A stretch of 64,000 bases of DNA from Bdellovibrionales bacterium (GTDB taxonomy: Bacteria; Bdellovibrionota; Bdellovibrionia; Bdellovibrionales; UBA1609). The notes under the pieces were generated by a model. It saw only the letters and a program-made list of their open reading frames with translations, did not search any database and was not told the DNA's origin. This document shows, in pieces, positions 1 through 8,331 of the stretch (position 1 is the first letter of the stretch; each line of letters opens with the position of its first letter). Both the position numbers and the translations under genes were made by a program. The stretch covers positions 118,027 to 182,026 of the forward strand of contig JAYUKW010000001.1 in assembly GCA_043764155.1 (NCBI GenBank). The letters are read 5' to 3'.

Positions 1-56
1 AAAAAGTACTATATTTTAAATTCACTAGGTCAGATATTAGCTCAGGGTCAATATAA

Positions 57-737
57 CTAATTAAGATTTAAAAAATCTTTTAGTTTTAATAAAACTTCTA
101 TAGGTATTTCGTGCCCACCTTGAAAAATTTCAAGGTGATGTTTTTTAGATTTAGAAATAGATTTAAAATGATGAGCTCCCTGCACCGGTAAAACAGGATC
201 ATACTTCCCATGAGAATGAAAAATTGGTATCCCGTCTAAGCTGCCAGACATCCATAAATTTTGTCTAATAACTGTTCCAGATAAATGAATCAACCCTCTG
301 GGTTTAAATTTTTTAGAATATATAAAATCTGTCGCAACCATGGCGCCCTGACTGAACCCACCAATAATTATTTCTTTGGGCTCAAGTCTCATGGATTCAA
401 TAAAGGTAAAAATTTTGTCATTAAGCTTATCAAGATTTTCTGGTTCTCTTGAATAGTACTCTTTGAAACGTCCTTCTTGAATTAAAGTTTGGAAGTGACT
501 GATATCGACATTAAACCAAGCTTTTCCACCAAAAGCCGCCACTTCAGGTGGGGCCATGGGTCCATCTAAAAAAATCCAATTGAAATCTAAGTCCTTGATA
601 AAATTTAATTCTGAAATTGAATACAAATCCTGTGCATTAGCTCCATACCCATGAAGCATAATGACCGTCGCATGATCTGGGTTTCCAGGATTAAATAAAT
701 ATTTTAAACCAGATTTTTTATCTTGTTGTAATTTCAT
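57..737 (-). CDS. alpha/beta hydrolase, phospholipase/carboxylesterase family
   Basis: 226 aa; HGYGANAQDL, nucleophile elbow GGFSQGAMVA, C-terminal QGGHEIP; start overlaps the stop of the upstream gene by 4 nt. Confidence 0.75.
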   Translation of the reverse strand: MKLQQDKKSGLKYLFNPGNPDHATVIMLHGYGANAQDLYSISELNFIKDLDFNWIFLDGPMAPPEVAAFGGKAWFNVDISHFQTLIQEGRFKEYYSREPENLDKLNDKIFTFIESMRLEPKEIIIGGFSQGAMVATDFIYSKKFKPRGLIHLSGTVIRQNLWMSGSLDGIPIFHSHGKYDPVLPVQGAHHFKSISKSKKHHLEIFQGGHEIPIEVLLKLKDFLNLN

Positions 738-1663
738 AGGATCACCTTTGCTGCTTTTTCTAAACGATTATGAATGGCGGACCAATTTGAATCCAGTTCG
801 TCATGGGTCCATTCAAATAATAAAATATCAACGTTTTTAGATTCTTCAATTAATGTTTTATATAATACGCGTGCGAATAAAAATGGATTTTCTGGAAATA
901 TAATGGGTTTCACTATTTTATTTTTAAATTCAGGATAATCGTAGCTGATGGGTTTATTTTTAAAAAGATATAAATCAGCCGAGGGCTGGTAGTGCTCTTT
1001 CATTGAACCAGGGCCTTCTAGATTAAAGCTTTCAATGACTTTAATATTTAAATTTTTAGATTTAAAGAAATCAATTAGATTTTGTCTAGAAATTTGACCA
1101 GGGCGAAGAATAAGTAAAGTATTTGATTCAGGAACCAATTTCACAATTGTGGATTCAAGGCCAATTTCGCAACTTCCACCGTCTACGATATTTAAGTTTG
1201 GAAAGTACTGCCTGACATGATCAGCTTCAGTAGGACTGGTTTTTTTAAATGGGTTGGCGCTTGGGGCTGCAATAGGTGTATTTAGCTTCGATATAATTTG
1301 TTCTGTCAGTGAATGATCAGGCCATCTTATCGCGACCGTGTCAGTGCCGGAAGTGATAATATCCGAAACTGTGTTTGGATTTTTATCAAAAACAAGAGTT
1401 AAGGGACCTGGCCAAAACTCTTCTGCGAGCTGAATTAATATGGGGTGAGGGTTTAATGTCAGGTTTGAAATCATTTCTAGATTAGAGACATGAACAATCA
1501 GGGGATCAAAAAAGGGTCGTGCTTTGGTTTCAAAGATTTTTTTTAATGCTGATACGTCATTAATTTTTGCGGCTAACCCATAAACGGTTTCCGTAGGTAG
1601 GGCTACAACCCCACCAGAATTTAAAACTTCTACAGCTTTATCAATACTTATAAATTCTTTCAT
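734..1663 (-). CDS. L-threonylcarbamoyladenylate synthase (YrdC/Sua5 family, long form)
   Basis: 309 aa; YrdC-core motifs ALPTETVYGLAA, RPFFDPLIVHV, APSANPFKK, plus a C-terminal Sua5-type extension. Confidence 0.85.
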   Translation of the reverse strand: MKEFISIDKAVEVLNSGGVVALPTETVYGLAAKINDVSALKKIFETKARPFFDPLIVHVSNLEMISNLTLNPHPILIQLAEEFWPGPLTLVFDKNPNTVSDIITSGTDTVAIRWPDHSLTEQIISKLNTPIAAPSANPFKKTSPTEADHVRQYFPNLNIVDGGSCEIGLESTIVKLVPESNTLLILRPGQISRQNLIDFFKSKNLNIKVIESFNLEGPGSMKEHYQPSADLYLFKNKPISYDYPEFKNKIVKPIIFPENPFLFARVLYKTLIEESKNVDILLFEWTHDELDSNWSAIHNRLEKAAKVIL

Positions 1664-1698
1664 GACAGATTGAGAGTTATATAGTTAAAAATAGGCTT

Positions 1699-2175
1699 AT
1701 GAAAGTTTTATTTGTCTGTTTAGGTAATATCTGTCGATCTCCCACCGCGGAGGGTGTTTTTAAGCATTTTGTTGAGTCTGAAGGTTTATCGGGAATTATT
1801 ACTTCAGATTCTGCAGGGACTTCAGGTCATCATGATGGTGGCCAAGCTGACTCTCGTTCAATGCATCATGCTGAACTTCGAGGGTATCAGCTAGCCAGTA
1901 TTTCACGTCAAATAAAAGTTAGTGATTTTTTTGATTTTGATTTGATCTTAACTATGGATGATTCAAATTTTGATAAGGTCATCCGTTTGGCTATTGAAAT
2001 TGATGCCGACACTGAAAAAGTTAAAAAGTTCACAAGCTACTGTCAGATTCATCAAATCAATGAAGTTCCAGATCCGTATTACAAAGGTCATGATGGATTT
2101 GAAGAGGTCTTAGATATTATTGAAGATGGGTGTCAGGCTTTGCTTAATGAAATCAAATTAAACCTAAAAAAATAA
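1699..2175 (+). CDS. low-molecular-weight protein-tyrosine phosphatase
   Basis: 158 aa; N-terminal CLGNICRSP (CX5R) P-loop and DPYY general-acid motif. Confidence 0.9.
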   Translation: MKVLFVCLGNICRSPTAEGVFKHFVESEGLSGIITSDSAGTSGHHDGGQADSRSMHHAELRGYQLASISRQIKVSDFFDFDLILTMDDSNFDKVIRLAIEIDADTEKVKKFTSYCQIHQINEVPDPYYKGHDGFEEVLDIIEDGCQALLNEIKLNLKK

Positions 2176-2194
2176 AAGATTATAAGGATTAAAA

Positions 2195-3190
2195 ATGTTA
2201 AATTTAATTAAATTTCGAATCCTATTTATTCTGTTACTAAATTCCTCTTCTGCGCTTGCAACTAGTCTTGATACTAATCAATTAACAAGTGTAGAAAAAT
2301 GTAGTCATATTCTCACTTTGTATCCTGATGCCATTGAAAGTTTTGATGTTCAGAGCAACACATTAGTTTTTAAAAATGGACATCGTAGTTTTTGTGATGA
2401 TGGACAGGTTTACAATTTAATTCAAAATTTAGATTATCAAAAACAAATGTCCCAAGTCGATTTAAGCGATATTCTTTTACAAGCTTATCCAGATCATTAC
2501 ATGGCTCCAATAACAGAAAAGAATTACTCTCCAGGCCGATTTCGTCACGATCAACTTTTAATAAATACATATTTAAATATAAACGCCCTTTCTAAAACAG
2601 ATCTTCTAAAATCGGCCAAAGATGATCTTACAATTGACGATGTAAAAATCCTAGCTCGCTACTTACAAATGGAAATCGTAAAAGTTAAATTTCTTGGTTT
2701 TGATATTAACATGAATCAAAGAAATGGGGCTGCTGAAGCCCTTGCACGAGTAGGGCGGCGGTTAGAAAAAGATTTTCCCCAGGGGGCTAAATGGCTTATT
2801 TCAAATCGAAATATGTCTGGGGGATTTAACATGCGATTTATCAGCGGAACTAAAAGACTATCTTCTCATTCATGGGGGATTGCGGTCGATTTCACATTAA
2901 AAAATGCGACTCCAAATTTAAAATGGTTTGATTCCTACTGGAAGTGGATTGCCGTATGTGCACCAAACTTAAAATGTTCACCAGCAAGAACTGACGAAGG
3001 GGCCAAATATCGAAGAGATTTAAGTGAAGAACTTTTAGATGTTCAGATCTATCCCCTAAACTTCGACCACTTCCCCCCAGAAATTGTTCAAGTCTTTGCC
3101 GACGAAGGTTACATCTGGGGCGGTCACTGGCACCACTTTGATACAATGCACTTCGAGTACCGTCCCGAATTCTTCACCCATCAAAAATAG
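2195..3190 (+). CDS. secreted M15-family (LAS-type) zinc peptidase, probable peptidoglycan peptidase
   Basis: 331 aa; signal peptide; SSHSWGIAVDF and GGHWHHFDTMHFEY metal-ligand motifs; last codons and stop lie inside the palindrome arm. Confidence 0.7.
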   Translation: MLNLIKFRILFILLLNSSSALATSLDTNQLTSVEKCSHILTLYPDAIESFDVQSNTLVFKNGHRSFCDDGQVYNLIQNLDYQKQMSQVDLSDILLQAYPDHYMAPITEKNYSPGRFRHDQLLINTYLNINALSKTDLLKSAKDDLTIDDVKILARYLQMEIVKVKFLGFDINMNQRNGAAEALARVGRRLEKDFPQGAKWLISNRNMSGGFNMRFISGTKRLSSHSWGIAVDFTLKNATPNLKWFDSYWKWIAVCAPNLKCSPARTDEGAKYRRDLSEELLDVQIYPLNFDHFPPEIVQVFADEGYIWGGHWHHFDTMHFEYRPEFFTHQK

Positions 3191-3642
3191 TCCTACACTT
3201 ACTAATTCTTAAAAAAACTTATTTAAAGTCTATTTTGATTATAAATATAATTTTCATCATAGAATTTAAAATAGGCTCGTTGGCGTGAAGCCTTGCTCGA
3301 AATCTATTCTGGTTTTTATATAAATTTAAAGATCATTGGGACATTTAAAACAGGGCAGACCTTGTCATTCGCTTTGCAGATTAATTTTGTTCTCTAGACA
3401 TTGCTTAACAAACTATAATGGTTGTTTTAACTTATCCAGCAGAGCAAAGCTTCACGCCAACGAGCCTATTTTAAATGTCCTAATGATCTTTAAATTTATA
3501 TAAAAACCAGAATAGATTTCGAATGCAAGGCGAATGACAAGGTCTGTCCTATTTTAAATTCTATGATGAAAATTATATTTATAATCAAAATAGACTTTAA
3601 ATAAGTTTTTTTAAGAATTAGTAAGTGTAGGACTATTTTTGA
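3181..3642. repeat. nested quasi-palindrome E1 (modules A-B-C-D-loop-B'-C'-D'-A')
   Basis: Outer arms 3181-3275 vs 3548-3642 are exact reverse complements (95/95). Inner arms 3301-3354 vs 3465-3518 match 52/54. Cassette B ctcgttggcgtgaagc is at 3276-3291, rc copy at 3449-3464. Cassette D gcagaccttgtcattcgc is at 3355-3372, rc copy at 3530-3547 (17/18). Apical segment is 3380-3442. Confidence 0.95.
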
Positions 3643-4427
3643 CAGGTGGGGCAGAAGTAGCTGGATCGGTTGGACTGGGTGATTTTTTTAATTGTTGTTT
3701 GGCAGATATTGCATTTGGAATTTTCTTGGCCATAGACTTGCCAATGATTTTGCATATCGCCTTGTTCGCCGGCAACGTTTTTATAATCTCGAAGTGAGCT
3801 TCCACCTTTTTTAATGGCTTCATTTAACACATTCTTGGTTTCTGTAATGATATTAATCCAATCATTAAATTTTAATTTCGATGTTATTTTTGTGGGTTTG
3901 ATTTTTGTTTTAAAAAGAATTTCAGAGGCATAAATGTTACCTACGCCTAAAATATTTTTTTGATTTAAAATCCATGATTTTATTGGTGTGTTTGATTTTT
4001 TTGCTTTTGAATAAAAATCATTTGAATCAAGCTGGTCATGAATGGGATCGGGGCCAAAATTTTTAAATGTATTCTGATCAAATTTTAAAATATATCCAAA
4101 ACGTCTAGGATCATTGTAAATTAAATTTATATTACTCCATTCAATTACAACATGATCGTGTTTTATTGGTGCGTAAGTAGCTTCATATCGCCAGTGACCA
4201 GTCATACCTAAGTGTGAAATAAAATGATGAGTATTAGTTTTTAAAATTAAAAATTTACCACGACGATCAACAGATAAAATACTTTTATTTTTCAAGTCCT
4301 TTAATTCTCTTAAAGGTAGTGGGAAGCGCAAATCTTTTCTTAGGAGCTTAATTTCTTTGATTGCCTCTTTGGGCAACTGGTTTTGAATACCTAGTTTTAT
4401 AATTTCGACTTCAGGGAGTTCTGGCAT
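3633..4427 (-). CDS. mutM: formamidopyrimidine-DNA glycosylase
   Basis: 264 aa; MPELPEVE N-terminus; C-terminal zinc finger CNICQ...FCPTCQK; stop codon lies inside the E1 arm. Confidence 0.9.
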   Translation of the reverse strand: MPELPEVEIIKLGIQNQLPKEAIKEIKLLRKDLRFPLPLRELKDLKNKSILSVDRRGKFLILKTNTHHFISHLGMTGHWRYEATYAPIKHDHVVIEWSNINLIYNDPRRFGYILKFDQNTFKNFGPDPIHDQLDSNDFYSKAKKSNTPIKSWILNQKNILGVGNIYASEILFKTKIKPTKITSKLKFNDWINIITETKNVLNEAIKKGGSSLRDYKNVAGEQGDMQNHWQVYGQENSKCNICQTTIKKITQSNRSSYFCPTCQK

Positions 4428-4644
4428 TAAGCACTCATAGCTTTTCGGTATTTAAAGTCAATAGTTGATCGTGTAATATGAAGCATTCTAATGTGTGATT
4501 GATAAAGTAAGGCCTAATAGGCTGTAATATAATCGACCACTTATAATCTGAATGTTTTATAATAAATTAGTTTAGCTATTTTAGACATTAGTCTCTTTCA
4601 TTATCGTTCAACCAAAATTAGAATAAGTAAGGAGAAAACAGTCT

Positions 4645-6360
4645 ATGTTTCATTCTTTAAATAAATACTTACGTTTTATTATTATTAATATACCTATCCT
4701 GGGACTTATATTTTTATTTCAGAATGCAATAAATGTGACCTCTGATGGAGCTATAATTCAAATGGCAATCTATCAAGATCTTTATCCAAAAAGTTTTTCT
4801 TTATTCCCAGGACAATCATCCGCCGTCGTTTTAAATCCAAAGGCGTTATTAGCTATTCATGAAAGTATGGAGTTGGGGGCAAATTCAGTATGTATCGGTG
4901 TTAACTGTAGTTTGGCGTCAACTCCTGTTAGTGCCTGTGTGCAATATAATTTTGAAACTTTTGCATCTGTAAATTCACCGGCCTTGGTAGTGCGTTATGC
5001 CCATGTTCCACAAGTAGGGGTTGCACATTGTGCAGGAACATATTGTGGATCTTCTCCAGGTTTAGTTTTATTCGGTCGGGATAATATAAATCAAAGCTGG
5101 TTACGCCTAGGTTATGCAGAACTTAATGGTGAGATCAATAAAACAAGCATAAGTGAATCCAAAATTTTAGAATTAAATAAAATCTACACACAGGTGGCTT
5201 TATGTAGAGCTGGCGGAGGATCAAGTCGAGATCATTTAAAAATAAGCAGTCTTGTGCAAAGATATGTTCAAAAAAGCACTAATTCGGCCCCTGATAAAAA
5301 TCAATGTGTGGCTCAGGTTCCTTCCAGCGTAGATAGCCTACGTTGGAAAATTCTTTCTGATTTTACACCTAAGTATAAAAATCTTATTTTAAATATTGCC
5401 ACTTATCCATTTAATAGCATGGCCTATCAGTGTTTATACAAATTAAATGCAGCTCAAAAACTAAATTTGGGTTGTGAAATAAATGAAGCTGAAAGAATTG
5501 GAAAATCCTTAATAGAACAAAGTGATTTAGACGGTGATGGAAAAATGGGTTGGGGGATTAGGTCTAATCTTGAAAATGAAAAGTGTGGTCTCGGTGGTTA
5601 TGATGCTTTAAATGATGGGACCTGTAATCCACCAAATACAGCCTATATGTTTCAAACAGGTTTAGTTTTGGATTGCTTAGGAAAGCTTTACGAAGTCACA
5701 GGAAATCCGGATTATTTAAAAGCTGTAAAAAAGGGTATAGCTGATTCTATGAATTTTGGATCTAGTCAATTGGGTGCTTGTGAAGACTGCTTTGAGTACA
5801 GTTATTCGTATTCGCCAAATGAAGTGGGTCGCTTTGTTCGCAATACTAGTTTAGAAATGGCTGTGCCACTGGCTTTTTTATATAAACATACAGGTGCACT
5901 AAAATATCGTGACCGACTTTTTCAAGTGTTAAAATCAGAACAGTTTAATTACACCAATGGAAACAAAGGCTACTTAAGTATTTATGATCCTAAATACAGC
6001 AGCTCCGAAAAATGGCGAAATGAAGACCATATGCCCTCACACATTAGATATTTAAGTCGCGTTTCAAGTGAGTTAAAAATAAATAACTTAAATCTGCTAA
6101 GTGATAATTTGCAAAAAGATTGGCGTTTTTGTTCAGGCAATCCTTGGTGTGCTAAGCAAAGAACCCAACAAGACCCAACAAATCCATATCAAAGTGGTGA
6201 TATTGATGTGTTTACAAACACATACACCACTTTAAGTTGTTCAGCTTATGGAATGTCTGCACAGCTTAGAAATGACTGTATTCATGAAATGAATGATTTT
6301 TATTTGCAAAAGAAAACGCCGACATCAGATATGCTAACTTTTATTCTTGAAAGCTTGTAA
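4645..6360 (+). CDS. hypothetical secreted protein (possible alpha/alpha-toroid fold)
   Basis: 571 aa; N-terminal hydrophobic signal/anchor; GGAG RBS; Cys-rich; helical-repeat-like segment QTGLVLDCLGKLYEVTGNPDYLKAVKKG; no family recognised with certainty. Confidence 0.5.
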   Translation: MFHSLNKYLRFIIINIPILGLIFLFQNAINVTSDGAIIQMAIYQDLYPKSFSLFPGQSSAVVLNPKALLAIHESMELGANSVCIGVNCSLASTPVSACVQYNFETFASVNSPALVVRYAHVPQVGVAHCAGTYCGSSPGLVLFGRDNINQSWLRLGYAELNGEINKTSISESKILELNKIYTQVALCRAGGGSSRDHLKISSLVQRYVQKSTNSAPDKNQCVAQVPSSVDSLRWKILSDFTPKYKNLILNIATYPFNSMAYQCLYKLNAAQKLNLGCEINEAERIGKSLIEQSDLDGDGKMGWGIRSNLENEKCGLGGYDALNDGTCNPPNTAYMFQTGLVLDCLGKLYEVTGNPDYLKAVKKGIADSMNFGSSQLGACEDCFEYSYSYSPNEVGRFVRNTSLEMAVPLAFLYKHTGALKYRDRLFQVLKSEQFNYTNGNKGYLSIYDPKYSSSEKWRNEDHMPSHIRYLSRVSSELKINNLNLLSDNLQKDWRFCSGNPWCAKQRTQQDPTNPYQSGDIDVFTNTYTTLSCSAYGMSAQLRNDCIHEMNDFYLQKKTPTSDMLTFILESL

Positions 6361-6419
6361 CTTTAAAATTAATTTCTATATAAATTTTTTGGTGAAAGAT
6401 GACTAATTTTTTTAAATTT

Positions 6420-6713
6420 TTAGTTGTAGGATTTTTTAATTATTTTAGTTAAATCTGTAAGCTTGACGGTTTTTTCTAAAGGATGTCGTAAGGTTTTATC
6501 TGCTTCGACAATATATTTGTTAGTTCTGCCAATTTTCTCTCTTTTTATATAGCCAGCATCTTCAAGATCTTGAATTATGGTTAATACAGCCCTTTCTGTA
6601 AGGCCGACTTTCGATGCGATTTCTCTAACTACGACATCGTTTTCAAGCGCTAAAATAAAATAGACATGTCCGTGATTGCTAAAAAAAGTCCAATTATCTC
6701 TGACCATATCCAT
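6420..6713 (-). CDS. winged helix-turn-helix transcriptional regulator (MarR/ArsR-like)
   Basis: 97 aa; HTH segment REIASKVGLTERAVLTIIQDLEDAGYIKRE; divergent from dabB. Confidence 0.6.
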   Translation of the reverse strand: MDMVRDNWTFFSNHGHVYFILALENDVVVREIASKVGLTERAVLTIIQDLEDAGYIKREKIGRTNKYIVEADKTLRHPLEKTVKLTDLTKIIKKSYN

Positions 6714-6736
6714 ACATTAATCTATTATGATGCATT

Positions 6737-6763
6737 ATAATACATGAAATATAATACATGAAA
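6737..6763. promoter_or_regulatory. two 13-bp direct repeats ATAATACATGAAA in the regulator/dabB divergent promoter region
   Basis: Identical copies at 6737-6749 and 6751-6763, between the wHTH start (6713) and the dabB start (6817); candidate operator. Confidence 0.35.
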
Positions 6764-6816
6764 ATATTTGCATATATAAAATGATTTTGTTATGTTTTTT
6801 TAAAAAGGAGAGCTTT

Positions 6817-8307
6817 ATGTCATCGAATTTATTAAATTTTGCATTAATTTGTCTTGTTTTAAGTCCACTAAGTCTACCATATTTAGTTTCTCAAAATTCT
6901 AAATCTACATTAAGTTTTGGAATTTACTTCGGCCCTATTTTAGCCCTTATTCTTTCAATTCAATCCTATGCTATAAATACACCGCTTATTTTAAATTCAA
7001 GAGCAGTTTTTTTACCTAATGAAAATTTAGGTTTTTACTTGGATATTTTGTCAGGATTTGTATTAAGCTTTGTTTTATTAATTGGCGCTGTGACTACAAA
7101 ATTTTCGTTCAGATACTTAGAAATAGATAAAAATAGAAATCTTTTTTTAAAATCAATATCATATGTCCTTTTTTCAGTTACGGTTATGCTTTTATCAGAT
7201 AACTTTATTCAATTTTTTGTATTTTGGGTTTTAACATCTTACTTTCTTCATAAGCTTTTGACTCATGTTAAAAATGATTCAGAGGCAGAAAGTGCGGCTC
7301 GTCAAAAGTTTTGGACTAGCAGATTAGGCGATCTATTTTTATTAATTTCAATATCTTGTTTTTATGTAATTTTTCGAAGTTTTAATTTTTCAGAATTAGT
7401 AAGAACTGATTTAATTCACAACTGGAATAATAAATGGTTACTAGATGTCGGATGCATATTTTTGGTTTTAGGTTCCATTACTAAGTCTGCACAATGGCCA
7501 TTCCAATCTTGGTTACCACTTACGATGAACACGCCCACGCCTGTTTCAGCTATTATGCATGCAGGGGTTATAAATTCTGGTGGTTATTTATTAATCAGAC
7601 TAAGTCCCCTCATGAATCAATCACATTTAAGTTTAGTATTTTTGACTCTAATAGGTGCTTTAACAGCAATTATTGGCGTCATGGTGATGTGGACCCAAAC
7701 TGATGTTAAAAAAAGTTTGGCCTATTCTACTATTTCACAGATGGGTTTTATGATGCTTCAAATTGGAGTTGGAGCCTATTCTTTAGCTTTGATTCATATG
7801 ATGGGCCATGCATTTTATAAAGCCTATTCATTTTTAACTATAGGACAGGTTGTAGATTATGGACGACTGAATCGTATTTTTGCATCTGAAAAATTGAAGT
7901 ATAATTTCAATTTTGCGTTTTCTATCCTCTTTGCTATACTGATGACAGGTGTTCTGTATTTAATTATTGATCCAAACTTTTCAAATAAGAACCAAGGCTT
8001 AGTGCTTTTAGGTATCTTAAGTCTTTCACTGTCACAAGTTCTACAAAATTCAAAAAATATATTAACGGGTTTAATAACTTGTGCTGCCATTTGTGTTCTT
8101 TACGGATTGATTTATAAAATTTCGATATTTACTTTTTTAGATGTTTTAAATCTCCCCAAGGGAATGGACTCAAGTATGTCCTTACTTATTGATTTTGTAT
8201 TAATCTTTGCTTTTTTAACTTTGTTGTTAATGCAAAGTCACTTTGTGTATCTAAATCAGCATCGTTTTTTTAGAAAAATCTATGTCAAATTATTAAATGG
8301 ATTTTAA
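6817..8307 (+). CDS. dabB: DabB, proton-conducting membrane subunit (NuoL/MrpA-like) of DAB inorganic-carbon pump
   Basis: Polytopic membrane protein; AQWPFQSWLPLTMNTPTPVSAIMHAGVINSGGYLL matches the NuoL/Mrp antiporter core; directly upstream of dabA. Start moved to the ATG at 6817 with a GGAG RBS (track ORF starts at 6781). Confidence 0.8.
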   Translation: MSSNLLNFALICLVLSPLSLPYLVSQNSKSTLSFGIYFGPILALILSIQSYAINTPLILNSRAVFLPNENLGFYLDILSGFVLSFVLLIGAVTTKFSFRYLEIDKNRNLFLKSISYVLFSVTVMLLSDNFIQFFVFWVLTSYFLHKLLTHVKNDSEAESAARQKFWTSRLGDLFLLISISCFYVIFRSFNFSELVRTDLIHNWNNKWLLDVGCIFLVLGSITKSAQWPFQSWLPLTMNTPTPVSAIMHAGVINSGGYLLIRLSPLMNQSHLSLVFLTLIGALTAIIGVMVMWTQTDVKKSLAYSTISQMGFMMLQIGVGAYSLALIHMMGHAFYKAYSFLTIGQVVDYGRLNRIFASEKLKYNFNFAFSILFAILMTGVLYLIIDPNFSNKNQGLVLLGILSLSLSQVLQNSKNILTGLITCAAICVLYGLIYKISIFTFLDVLNLPKGMDSSMSLLIDFVLIFAFLTLLLMQSHFVYLNQHRFFRKIYVKLLNGF

Positions 8308-8331
8308 TTTAAATCATCTAAAGGAGAAATT

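Noticed and set aside
3396-3419. TAGACA ... TATAAT in the E1 apical loop as an outward promoter
   Set aside because: The spacer is only 13 nt, there is no extended -10, and the E2 apex has no equivalent. This is not supportable as a conserved feature.
3181-3642. E1/E2 as classical MITEs, IS remnants or integron attC sites
   Set aside because: The outermost termini of E1 and E2 share no sequence. I saw no target-site duplication and no transposase or integrase in the window. The elements are several times longer than attC sites and lack the R/L box pattern I know. I keep them as an unclassified repeat family instead.
3611-3823. 70-aa ORF on the - strand overlapping fpg and the E1 arm
   Set aside because: It is in an alternative frame inside the well-supported fpg gene, starts within it and runs into the palindrome. 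Composition is low-complexity and there is no RBS.
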